DNA of 64,000 nt from Eutreptiella sp. 'Long Island Sound 2002' (GCA_964036045.1 OZ038378.1:171368001-171432000); one strand, 5' to 3'; positions 48,877 through 61,477 are shown, numbered from the stretch's first letter. Numbers and translations: made by a program. The notes: generated from the sequence alone by a model not told the origin.

Positions 48877-51800
48877 CATCAACGCCCACTGAATGCCTTT
48901 AGGTACCCAACACTTGCCCGATAGTAACACTACTTCCTCTTGCACCACTTGACCCGTTTGAAAGACACACTGCCCCAAAAAAAACCCTGCAAGTTGTTGA
49001 ACAAATGCCATGCCTCTGCTTTGCACTGTTTTGTGTGCTTGACCACCGCCACAAGAGTGATTCCACCCACATAACTACAAACACCACAGGTTTTCATGAG
49101 GCATCAGCCCAAAATGGCACCCCACACCGCATCACCAATTGACCACATGGTAGCCCTCGCACATCAATAGCCCTTGTGTGGTCCTTAGCGACCGTTTGGG
49201 GGTATGCGGCACTGCTTAACTAACGTCCACACGAAAGCCCGTGGCATCCCACACTGGGCCTTAGGCCTTACAAATGAAATCACACACAAATTGCAAGAAC
49301 TTGCATGCTATTAAGACATGCTTCATCGTGTCAAGAGCCCTAGAGATGGAGTACGATGAGGGAAATAAAACACGTGGTGGGTACAAATTTCAACCAGCAG
49401 ATTTAACCGCACAGCCCAGCGAATGAAGTCCTATGAACACATACATCGAGCTGTTTGGTACATATGCATGCATACAAAGCATGGACTCAATCAACTACCA
49501 TGCCAAACTTGATGTTTTGGGCCAGCAAAAGCTAGAGTGTGACGGCCATCGTGATATGTGCCATGGACAACCGCAGGCAGTTTGGGGATTGTTGCATTAG
49601 GTGTACATGCTAGGCATGTGTAACTAAGCAAAAGCGACATAATCAAATCCAACAATTGTGCTAATGAAATACATACCAATGAATGTAATAAACATATTCC
49701 ACGGACGCCAAACAATGTGCATTGAATGAAAGACAAAGAATGAAATGCACACAATTTTACTAAGCGATTACATTCTGGAGTTCCTGCATGTGTGTTATGA
49801 ACTATGGGTCAACAATAATTTGGCCTGCTTGACAAATCTTGTAAGACAATGAATGAATGCATCCATGTGCATCTTTCCAACCGAACTGAATCTCAAACAC
49901 AAAGGTCTCATAACTTCTTAAGAACCACGATTTATCCAAGTCATGCACGTCCATGCACGGAATGAATATCCATGAATGCAGTGCATGTGCCATGAGGAAA
50001 CCATTCGGCGATCTCAGAAAATCAGGTCGTATGGTTGAATCAAAAATTGAAGAAACTACACAAGAACTCATATATTCAAATGTAACCCTAATGCAATTCT
50101 ATTGAATAAATCCGGTGCACGTGAGACTGTTGCCCCCGCAGGTGACGACCACAAATGTTACCCGTGGGATACCGTGTACTTCAAACTAACAAAAAGGATA
50201 CCCATCAGGTGACCAGTGAGAAAGGGCAATTTTTCTGACTTCTCCCACCCTGTCCTAACCCTCTGCCGCCGTCTCCCAACCCTCTCCCACCCTCTCCCAA
50301 GCCTCTCCTACCATCCTACGAGATCCCAACTCTCTCCCTCCCTCTCCAAACCCTCAGAATTTGAACTTCGCCTACCCACCTGACACCTACACCCTTTGTA
50401 CCCTCGCTGGTACTGCCACTGTCCTGCGGTCCTTGGACAATGGGAGTGCCATACCAAAGCGGTGGGCAGATACCTCAAACCATGACCTGGAAGAGGGTGG
50501 TGACGTTGAAAATGATTTTGAAGGCCAATGGTGCAAACACATGGAAATGCAAAAATGCATCTATTCGCAATAATTGGCAACAACGCTGCTCATGTGAAAG
50601 TGTCGTCTGTGAAAGGTTGACGGCAATTTGCAAATGGGCATAGATGGTCAAAAATAAGCTAGTACACCAAATGCACAGGGCACATAGGAAGGCGAAGGCG
50701 CATTGACGTGTGGCAGTGTGCAGCCATGTGTGGGGTTTCTGGGTTTGCATTTTGCATGGCTTTCTGTGTGTGGGCCCCCAAGGAGCTGTGCGTGGCTTTG
50801 GGGTGTGTGGCTGTGTGTTTGGCTCAGGCAAGGCCCCTGCTGTGTCTTCCCCTGGTGCCCCTGTATGCTGCAAACGTTACATCCATTTGCACCCATCAAA
50901 TATTGACAGCAACTCTCGCTCTCTTCTCATGCTGGTCAGCAGGGCAAATGGTTCCGGAGCCCCATTAGAGACTATAATTATAAATAGGCCATGGAACAGG
51001 GTATCTTGGAGTGAGGTGTCTCGGGAGAGGTCAGCAGCAAATGAGGGTGGGCGGTGATGTGGTAACGGGGACATGACATGTGTTAAGGTCCTCTGCCCTG
51101 TGCTGCCCTGGTCAATACCCCTCCTGTGGTCACGGTTGGGGCAACTAGTGCTGTGTAGCAGAATGGTTCTGGGTCAGGATACCAAGGCTGTCTTGAAAAG
51201 GAGAAACTTTGCATCAGACACTGAAGAGAGTGCCAGCGACTGGCGACAGCTGCCCGTTGATCGCCAACTACTGTCCAGTTACCGCCAACCACCGCCGGCT
51301 GACTGCCAACGGCGATGGGCCAATCGCCAGCTCCCGTCGGCTGACCGGCAGCCGCCATCAGTTAACCCTTCGTCGGTGAACCACAAATTCTGCCTTGACT
51401 GAGCAACTAACTCACTAAAACCGAAGGCATCCTCAGTAAAACAGACGAAGGAGCAAACTCTTGTTCCTTAAAGACAGCCCGGCAGTTTACTCGCTGTGTG
51501 AGGGGTACCGTACCCTGCTTTGCTTGGCTTGGTTTAGCGACTGTCAATGATGCAAAGTGCGTCGAACGAACAGACACCAACATGCACAACACACTGTCAT
51601 ACAACCAAAACCAAAATAGTGAAAGCATGAAGACTGCCAGCCACAATGTGTTTGTTTGTGATACAATTCATGGCGCAGGCAAATGAAATCAGGAAATCCC
51701 TTGTGGGGCAATTTGAGGTCGTTTCTTGGGGATTGAGGAAGCATGGGTATTGCGGAAGTAATATAAAGAGGGCACATTCGGCTTCAAAATGCAAGTATAC

Positions 51801-52895
51801 ACTTGTTGGTGTGGAATGTGCCAACATACGATTGTTGTCTTGTGTGACTCTTCAAGTTTATTGCAGTGCTATAAAGGGCAGCAGATTGAATATAGAGAGA
51901 AGAATAGTTGTCGACGTTGCTTCATCAGCGTCGCAATATCTCGATGGGCCAGACTTCAAAGCTAGCACTGGAGACCCATGCTGCCAGTGACACAAAGGGA
52001 ATGCACCAGTACACACCACTGTGATCCTCCGACTTCGTTGCGCAGTACCTTAGAATTCTCCGTTCGTTCACGTGTGCTGGTGATCCTCACTGTTCCAGTA
52101 CAGCAGTGCTCGGATATTCGAATGCACATGTTCTCTGCTCTGACAACCACTGCCGACCCTACAGCCGCACCCCGCATCCCACATGCTGCCACTGCTACAT
52201 GGCACACACTGCCTGTTTCAGTGGTGCCAAAGCTGGCGGAACATTCCTTGGGCATTGGGCAGGAAGCAAGGCATTCCGCTAGTCATCGAAAGCATAGTTG
52301 AACACCAAATTGTCCGACTGCATAATGTATTCTTTAGAATACGGCCTGGGATGGACTTCTGGGAATATTTTGGGTCACCCATCACGTGGTGCCAATGCTC
52401 ACCCCAAGCCCAGTCACACTGAGGCGCACTCCTGGTCGATGGGAGATTCCCAACAACAGAACTCGCCCCTGAATCTGAGTCGAAAGCGAAAAATTCCAGA
52501 AGACCACAAATACTCACTGAAACCAGGCGAACAAAACGTGCAACATTCTTTCTTGGGGGGGCGGGGGTGTTCCATAAATGCTGGTGGGTGACCGTGCAGT
52601 ACAACCGGTGTCCAGCGCAATGCCGTTTGCATGACCTGCTTGTTGGTTGAGGTCACTTGGGGGGGGGGGGGGGGGGGGGTATTGGGTCCAGGCTGGCCGG
52701 ACCAAATTCACTGCAAATCGCAGTGATCCCAAGCAATATTGTTTGGAGGGGACAGACATGGGCCCAGAAATTGGCACACGTACACCACTAGCGGCCCAGT
52801 GGAAGGGACAGGCATGCACCGGCCCCAGGGCCAGCCCTTGACATGCGCCACAATACATGGCCACACCAGGCATAGCACTTGGCAGGGGGGGGGAT

Positions 52896-52980
52896 ATTAT
52901 GCACGCACGGACCTTGGATTATGCAATACACAATTATGCACAATTATGCACGATTATGCACCATTATGCACGTGCATAAT
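52896..52980. repeat. ATTATGCAC 10-bp-period repeat ending in a perfect 18-bp palindrome
   Basis: Copies at 52896, 52918, 52933, 52943, 52953 and 52963; attatgcacgtgcataat spans 52963-52980. Confidence 0.85.
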
Positions 52981-53895
52981 TTTCCCTCCCCTGCACTTGC
53001 TCAGTGACAATCCACTGGCATGTTACTGTTGTTCCATAATGTGGAACCTCCCAACGACTGACCCTTTGTTGTCCAAAGGTCCCTTGGCCGAGCAATGCGC
53101 TCTAGATCCGGCGCACCCCTGCCTTTTCTTTTTTCGGTACTGTCGATCAACAGTGACCTCCAAGCATTCGGAAGATGCAAATTTCTGAGGCAGGAAAGGG
53201 AAAGGGATCCGAAATGAGCTTCCCACCGTGACACTAGGTCTCGGGTATTGCGAGTGCAGTGCACATGGCCTGCCTCCAACAAGTGTGCGAGTGCATGACA
53301 TCGCCAATCGTACTGTCCTCGGGACTGGATGAACAAAAGCAGACAAAAAGTAGTGTTGGTATCCTCGAACGCATTCCATCGAATTAGTTAGGGACCTACA
53401 GATGTGTGTGAAGGTGGGTGGGTGTGGCTGCATGCGTCGCAAGGCTACACCCAGGGGATGGAGAAATTCTGGTGCACTTCGCCGGGGGCCGCCCGAAAAA
53501 AAACACTGGCATACCCGAACCAATATACCCCCAAAAATGTCCTAGGTGCTTTCTCATGGCCGGTTCATCTCACAACGTTGCTGGCGATTTGATTTCTGTG
53601 TGAGCAGGGCACTGGAGACGGCAGGAAGGTTTGTCCGGGTCAGCGTTTCCACTGTCCACCAGGCTGTTGCCCAAAACGGAAGCAGGGCTCAGGGTCACCC
53701 TCGAAATGGCTGGGCCCAATGACTCCCAAAATATCATGATATTCAGCCCACAAATCAATATCCTGGTCTTCGTTTCTACTGCAGTGGGACTTTTGCCAGA
53801 ACGCCTGTGTAGTGGGGGCGCGGGGGCTTGGCTTGCAGCAGATTCGTATTGAACAGTGCAATTTAAAGGTCTGAATTGACGTTCACCACCAAGGT

Positions 53896-56800
53896 TTATT
53901 GCTTCCCCAACGAGAGCTTGGAGATCCCACGAAGGCCGCTAAATAACAGCCGGTCCACAATCCCGGCCACAGTGAACACGCCCCCGACAATGGCACAGAG
54001 ATTGGTGAAGAAATGCATGGTGGAGGTGTGACGCTTCTGTTCTCGGATGTGCACCATAATGGGGCTCAGGTCGAAGATAAAGAACACGCCAGGGATCACT
54101 CCTTGTTGACCTGACAACGGAACAAGGGTAGTAAATGCCGCTGTGAAGGAAGGTTGTGGCTATCCTAAAAGCACTGCGCATGGGCTCTACAAGATGCCCC
54201 TTCTAGAACTTGCAGATAGGTCAACACAAGGAGTTAGACAGCAGCTGAGTGGGGCTCGCGCCGGCCAGCGACACCAGAGCATATGGAAGGAGCCAAGGGC
54301 ACCGCACAGACCTCAAAACCATGTGATGATGCAATCTAATTGTGGGCGCCATCAAAACGAGTCAACCCTAACAGTGGCGGGACCTTTTTTCCGGGGGGGC
54401 TGGGGGGGGGGGGGGGGGAGGTGGCCAGCAGGGGTTTGCCATTAAAGCCGGCAGGGGGGGGGGAGGGGGGGCTGGTAGGCTACCGTGTAGTACAACCAGT
54501 GTCCAGTGCCATATCTGTTGTGTGCATGGAGGGGTCCCTCAACAAAAGACCCAAAATGATTCCATTCCAAAGTCTCACCTGGGCCAGCTCAAGTTGTTAC
54601 CTCCCCTTGCGCAAATGGGCGGAATGGCTCGAAAACAGCCACCAACAGGTGGGCCTAGGTGACGCCATGCCGCCCCCCAACTGGTTTGCATGCGCTTGCA
54701 GTGCCACCAAATGATGACCCAAGCCTGGATCAAAGCCGTTTGGCGGTCGTCAGGGTTGTGATCTTTCAGCCAGTACCCAGAGATAGGACCCAGGACCCCC
54801 TGCAATCGGTTTGGGGGTCCGGAGGAGAAAGAACTTCTATTTCCTTTGGCAACACACCTCGAAGAGAGGCTGACAGTCAGCCAGTCAGTCAGTCAGTCAG
54901 TCAGGCAAGTAGTCAGTCAGGCATTGGTCAGGCAAGCAGGCAGGCAGACAGGGAGGCAGAAACACACAGTTTGGCTTTTTTTCAGTCGCGGACTACATCT
55001 ACAAACAGTGAGGAACCCCAGTTGCACCGGAGCAAGCAGCCATCGAGTGGTAAAACACTCGCTTTTCGCCTCAAATGTTGTCGCTTCGAATCCCGGATGG
55101 CGATTGCCGGCACGGGTGCATTGACCCATTATTCTTTTCACTGGGCCCTGGTTCGGATCCTTCTGAGCACAAACTTTTGACACCCCTCCCCATCCCCCAT
55201 CCCCAAAATGTGACATTCAGTTTCAGGGGCATAGAGGCCTCAAAATCAAAAAATCCATTGGGGGATCGTTTTGTCAGGCAAAGTAATGATTTTACAAGGC
55301 ATTAGACATCCAATATCATGCCTTTGGGTATGCTACGCGGACGACCCCCCAAAAAGGGGGCTGTACGGGTCCGCGCCTGCGCTTGATCTAACAACCTCTC
55401 TTCGAGGTGATTTGAACGCAGCCTGGGCTTGGGTTGATGCATGTTGGCGGCAATAGGCCAATGCAGTGCCTCCTTTCCCACTGCTCCCACTGCTCCCACT
55501 GCGCAGGGAAGTCATCAGACCCCAAATTCGCAATTTTTCATCCAACCCATGCTGGCCTAGAAACGGCAGGGGCCCACAAGGGGGCCAATCCTTGTGGTAC
55601 TTGGAGATAGTGGACTTGCCTAGCTTTGATCTCACAAGCTCAGCAAGGTGATTAGGGTTCCAGTATTTTGCCCCCCATCCTCTGCCCCCCACTCAAAAAA
55701 ATGGAGTTCCTGGTTTGAGGGGTTCTGGGGGCCAAAAACAATTGTTGGATATTCCAGTTCCTTTGGCAAGTCCAGCTCACAGAGAATTGGTCATACAATT
55801 AGAACCTGCTACACATGTGATATTTCATCGTAATGAATGGTCAAAATATCCCCGGCACCCAATTGTCAAAAAGGGTGAAAAATACATCCATAAATATGCA
55901 TGTAAAAGTATGTAAGTACATAAGCACATGCATCCATAAATACATATAGCTAACATATAAAATAAGAAGTAGCACATGCTTTACATCATATTTGATGTAT
56001 GAGTAGCCAGAATGTATAAAAAATTCAGTTTCGGAAGGTTTCCATTTTGGAGCTGTTGGGGCATAAAATTTGCTGGGCAGTTTGTGTGCCAGCCCCTTAT
56101 CCCTCCCCCCCCTCAGCACCCAATGGGTCATCAGGGTAAAAATCAAATGCAGAGGGCACATTGCCTTTTAATGTCCATAGGCCTATGCACCAAGGTTGAG
56201 AGGCTGGGCTGGCGGGCCGATGTGAGTTCAGGCGCCCGTCCTCCTGTTGCCCCGTGCCCGTCCTCCTGTTGCCCCCCCCCCCCTTGTGCATGGATGACAG
56301 CAGCACAGAGGGACGAGCTGGTTAGGACTATGTCTCTTCCATATTCACCCTCCTGTGCTGCTGTCTAGACAGCGTGTGGGCGCCTTGAGGGCCCCTTGGA
56401 CGAGTTCCCCTGAGGGGGGAGGGGCGCGCATCAGGGCCCATGGCAACAAGGGGTGCCTGCCGGCCCACATTGAAAAACACGGGCCTGTCAAACTGCTGCG
56501 GCGCTGCTCCCCTCAAGGGGGAGGGGGTTGCATGGGGAGGGAGGGGGTGGGGGGGGGGGGGGTCGCACCCCTGGCCTGCCCTCGCCTAGCCACCTCGTGG
56601 GCACCCCCCCCCCCGAGGAAAGTTTTGGAGGGGGCTGCCCAAGGGGCAGAGGGGGTACGGCTGGGGGTTGGTCACAGCCTCCGGGGGCTGTGCAGGGGGG
56701 GGGGGGGGGATCCTGCCGTGCGCTGTGCCCTCGCACCGGGCGACGCGGTCTGTTGCGTCGCGGTGAGCTCAATGTCGCGCTGGACGCACGGTGCACGGCG

Positions 56801-59800
56801 CACTCACTGCCGTGCCGGCTGGTCCTCCAGCGCTGGAGGGTCTGGCCTCGGGGTGAAAATCGAATGCAGAGGGTTTAAAAGCTGCTTGACATGTGATATA
56901 TGATATTGTGACAGTCCCAACATCAGAAAAACTGGCTTTGGGGTTTTCGAATTTTGAGCTGTTGATGCTGAAAACTCCATAGGCAGCTTTGACCCTGTTT
57001 TCAGTGCAAACCAGGGTTCGCTATAAGCAAGGGGGGTTGGCCCCCCTTGCCCCCACCCCCCCATCACGCGTCACACGTCACCGCGTCACAGGTCCGCGGA
57101 TCCAGTGGTCCATGGGTGTATCAGTGACTGTGACTGTGACTGTCACTATCACTGTGACTGTCACTGTCTCAGTGACTGTCACTATCACTGCGACTGTCAC
57201 TGGCACTGTCAACCTCAAAAAAGCCAGGTGTGACATCCTCCCAGTGACATTGTCACAGGTAGCCAGCCCCCCCAACCCTGCCACCCCCAACCCCACCCCC
57301 ACCCCCGAAATGGCACGATACTTATTGAGACCTCTGGTGCAAACTTGTGATTTCCTGTTGTTCGAACGGGCCATAGCTGGTTCTGGTTCGGACACTGCAA
57401 TACATGTCCTTTTGCATCCCCATATCACGAGATTCCCAGTCCCACCCCGCTAGAGAGGCGCCACAGAGTCACTGGAGCCACCAGATAACATATAAGGATG
57501 AAAAATTGCCATTTTCTGGGCAAACAGCAATTTCGCGTCGTTCAAACGGGCCGTGACCAGTCCTGGGCAGGGCTACAGGCTCCGGGACATGTCCTTTTGC
57601 ATCATACCACGGGAAAGTGACACAACATACCCGGTCCAGCCACTCCACGGGGTGGGGGGGTCACCGAGGCCGCCAAACACGCTGTTTTAACGAAAACAGC
57701 TGAAAATTAAATGAACTGCAGCACTCATCTCACACTGCACTCATCTCACACTGCCTCAGCAAGTCCCTCTACTGCTTTCCACAAGCCTGCAAGAGGGAAA
57801 ACCACGGGACACCCTCCACATCTAAAGCAACACGATACATGGCACAAACCTTGATCCTGAGGATTACGCAACTTGAAGAACTCCGTCACGGAATACTGAT
57901 TGGTGCTGATCTTGTTGCCTCCATAATGATCAAACAGCGTAGGGACGACCTTGATGAAATACTGGAACAATCCTACATAATTGTGCAGCGCAACACCCGT
58001 AAAGCAAAACCCGTATGCGCTTTGGTAACAACTGCTGTGCCCTCCCTTCAACCTCCTGCCACTTCAAGCGAACACTCACAGGGTGTGTTTGCAGCCACAG
58101 ATGATAGAATGTTCGCTCCCTTTTCGCAGCCCCTACCCAGGCTTGTGCTTGACTGGAAAAATGGGATTTCGGACGACCCCCTTCCCAGGCTAACAGTGAA
58201 ATATCTTGGCCACCGCGCACAACAAAGATTGGGACACCCCCACACATTCTTCACAATCTGCAATCTAATTGTGTACGTGAGCAAAGCAAAGAATCAAATC
58301 CACTCCACTAATGAACCAACTAACAGGTACACATGGAGGTAGCTGCGCATGCACCCAACGAATTAACGATACATTTGGGAACGACATCTAGGGAAGCAGC
58401 GGCGCCTGCGTTAGTGGCTCGGGCATCCAAAGCAGCAGCAACGTCGACATTTGCGGGTGGTGAAGATAGGCTTCCCCAAAGCACCAACAAATGACCACCT
58501 GACTGATCTTTCTCGAGCAGCTTGATTCGCCTGTCCAAAGGGTTGACAATCCCCGGGTACTGGACCCCAAATCCAAGATTGTGGATGATATGGCTTGCAT
58601 TGAAATGGTCCACTTCAAAGGGCAGGAATTCGTGAATAAGCTGGCCAGCATGCATAAAGGATTTACCTGCACAAGCGTGATACACGACCTACGTCAACGT
58701 CATCAATACAATCACACTGTGCACCACCGTTGGGGCCCATAAACCCACAAAAAAGCAGCTACCGGGAGAGCACATCCACACTTTACATATCTGTGTGGAA
58801 AATGAATGGCGTGCTCGTTCCGAAACAATGGAAGATACATCTTGCAGATAGGTTAGCCCCATGGCAAAAGGTTTGGGTGTGGTGAGGTGGTGTGGTGTGG
58901 TGACATCTCCACACTCGAACTAGGGCGGCAAGCGGCAAGAAATAGGATAGCAATGCAACGCACATACAAAAACTCTACATAGCCCACACCGGGGGATTGC
59001 ATTGACACAATGGTCACAAATCCCCTGTCTTCAATTTTTCTTAATATCTGTGTTGGGGTCGTCGCAATCGCTTTGCCGATGCGCAAAACCCCCGTTTCAT
59101 CCCTGCCGTTCGCTACCGGGAAATCCCGACGGTTCACTCCCGGGAAATCCCGACGGTTCGCTGCCAGGGAATCCCGACAGGCGGCTGCCGGGAAATCCCG
59201 ACGGTTCGCTGCCGGGAGATCCCGACGGTTCGCTGCCGGGAAATCCTGGCAGTTCGCTACCAGCAAGGCCCAACGGTTTGCTGGCGGGAAATCCCGACAG
59301 TTGGTTGCCGTTGCTTTCTGGAGATGCGCACACCGTTCTACTCCAACAAATGTGCGCGTAAAATTCCCAAACAGTGAAGTTATGACATCAGTGAATGTCC
59401 CCTTCAGAAAGGAACCTCGTCCGCTTAACAAAGCCAAAAAAACCAAAATGCAATCGCATGATCGGCATCAACATCTCACAACACATGCGTGTTCCGGCAC
59501 CTACTTCAACCCTTGAACAAGGTTGCACCGCTTTTCATATGATTGTCGGCACATTCCGTGCCTCGTCATTCTACATACAAGCTTGTCCAATATGCGTACT
59601 TTCTTCTTTTGGTAGGCGAGGAGGTCGGCTTAGCCGGCCTGGGCCGTCAATCTATTGATGGCTTGCCTGTGGTCGCCAACTTTTCCATGGGGGATCTCGA
59701 ACGGCTCTCAGTCGGGTTTCCGCAGATACACGTTGGGGCCCACATTGAACGTCGCCAACCCCTTGTACGTCGGCTTATAAAAGACACAACACACGGAGCT

Positions 59801-61463
59801 CGAGACACGAGATACGACAATAGCATATGGTGGGTTTGCTTAACCGGAGGCGGTTGGCACTGAGAGCAACCAACAACGGTTGCCGCAATCACCACCACCA
59901 CACGACGTGCAAAGAAAATTGCCCATGGCACGTGTCAAATGTCAAATGTTTGCATGGCAGGAATACCTGGGGCAAAATGGAAATTCCCTTGCACTTTGTT
60001 CACTTGCAACGACCCGTAAAGGTGGCATCCCTCTTCGGAATTGGCACGGACCTGTGGACAAGAATGCCAAAAACATTGTCGGGGAACGTATAAAATACGG
60101 CCGGCACGTCATTGCAAAGCCTGCGAGCATTATCTTTGTCAGTTTCCGGCAAACCAAAAATGGGATGTGTAATTTGCTTGTTCGTCTTTCTAGCATGTCT
60201 CCTGCTTTTCCAACCATACGGCGTGATGCATTTCACTGATTCCTTCCTTTCCTCCTCCTTTCCCCCCACACCCAACCCATGGCTTTGGTGCTTGTCCTTC
60301 ATTAAAGAACTCTGACAACTGGTCATTTTTGATCACCACCTTTTCGCACAACGCGAGGAATCCATAGCTTCTTGTGAATGCTAAACGAATTTTAGGTTGC
60401 ATTTTCCACCCCATGATAGTGGAAATGGCGAAATTTGGGAACTCGCGGTTCTGTTGTGCACCCATGTGCGGTTCGGAGGATGCAAAGCGAACGGCTTTTT
60501 TAACACGGGTCACACCTGGCGCTCAACCCGTTCTCTCACACATTGTTCCACATGCGTGTGAGTTGACAACGCCCAACCCTTCGTCCGATAGGCGTTCTTC
60601 ACATCGTCGCAGGTGTTGCAGCATTGACCCTAAGTTACGGCACACGACATTGTTGTGCAAGCGTGAAAAACCACGAATAATTCCACGGATTTTTAAGGCT
60701 CGACACCGCAAAAAATTAGGGGAAGTTCCGACTGAAACAACTCTAACACCTAAAGCTCATCACACACCTCGACACTTTCGGCACCATAGCAAGATCCACA
60801 ATAATTTTCTTCTTTCTTCTTCTCGAGGGCATCCTTGACTTGCGCCACCTCTTCATCCGTTTCGTGACCAATCCGCGTCTCCTAAACGAGGATGCGAGGC
60901 GTAGGCATCTCGTGTCATTCCGCGAGGATGTGGGTGTGTACAGACGCCACTAGCTACGCCAACAAACACGTTTGCACAACCTTCTGCGCGGAGTTCAACT
61001 CGTTCCCTTGTCTATCCAACCGGCGTTTATGAATGTTGTGCTCCACGTTTACTTGACTTTCCCCGAAGCCGTCCATCACGTCAAGCGTAAGCACATCACA
61101 AGCCACATTGGGAAAGGTGATATTCAAATAAATGTCAAGGAGTCCCTCGGGCCGCGTGTCCACATATCTGCAGAACGGTATCAATGGGGGAAATCGTGCT
61201 ACTACGAGGCACGAGTCATGCGACACGGTCTCACTAGGTCGGTAACCCGATCCGCGCATTTCAACAAGCGGCGAGCATATTACATACAATTCATCCACTC
61301 GATCGATGCCGTGGTAGTAGTTGAACTCCCCGATAATAAGGGCAACGATACTAATGACGCTAACAACGGAGATTGTTGCACCGGAAAACGTCCTTTCCTT
61401 GAATTCGTCAAGGGTTTTTGGGAAAACGTCGATTGACTTCAAGAATGAGCCAACTCCACTCAT
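53896..61463 (-). CDS. ERGIC3: ER-Golgi intermediate compartment protein 3 (ERGIC3/Erv46), ~393 aa
   Basis: Exons 61463-61288, 61167-60981, 60881-60768, 60629-60516, 60051-59967, 58666-58499, 57972-57850 and 54110-53896 total 1182 nt, all GT-AG. Motifs LKSIDVFPK, LNITFPNVACDVLTLDVMD, YCGSCYGAE, CCNTCDDV, EGCHLYG.LQVNKVQGNFHFAPGKS, FQYFIKVVPT, PGVFFIFDLSP, LCAIVGGVFTVAGIVD. Confidence 0.96.
54875..54960. repeat. (AGTC)n/(AGGC)n tetranucleotide microsatellite
   Basis: cagtcagtcagtcagtcagtcaggcaag... Confidence 0.85.
55036..55103 (+). other. tRNA-like degenerate sequence (possible SINE head or tRNA pseudogene) in the last ERGIC3 intron
   Basis: gccatc...gatggc can pair as an acceptor stem; AGTGGTA resembles a D-loop and CTTCGAATCCC a T-loop/B box. 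The A box and anticodon arm are degenerate. Confidence 0.4.
55240..55630 (+). repeat. Family B segment followed by a partial family A unit
   Basis: Core cgcgcctgcgcttgatctaacaacctctcttcgaggtgattt, then tttttcatccaacccatgctggcctag. Confidence 0.8.
57118..57210. repeat. Mixed (GTGACT)/(GTCACT) hexamer repeat, self-complementary
   Basis: About 15 units; GTGAC and GTCAC are reverse complements. Confidence 0.85.
59112..59303. repeat. 24-bp minisatellite, 8 copies, in ERGIC3 intron 5
   Basis: Consensus gctgccgggaaatcccgacggttc. Confidence 0.92.
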
Positions 61464-61477
61464 GATGGGTGATCTCT

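Larger units (their letters stand above)
47597..49346 (+). repeat. Dispersed repeat family C, copy interrupted by two insertions
   Basis: Collinear with 63301-64000 except for extra DNA at about 47785-47911 and 48011-48876. Confidence 0.9.

Noticed and set aside
51850-52260. Possible reverse-transcriptase motifs (QHGSP...YCDAD) on the minus strand
   Set aside because: Spacing and residues do not fit the RT QG..LSP and YADD motifs; multiple stops.
60190-60513. YGFLALCEKV as the ERGIC3 exon after the CCNTC exon
   Set aside because: The true motif (EGCHLYGSLQVNKVQGNFHFAPG) is at 60051-59967 with proper splice sites.
1704-61463. Euglenid non-conventional (non-GT-AG, stem-forming) introns
   Set aside because: All reconstructed junctions are explained by GT-AG or GC-AG with continuous protein sequence.
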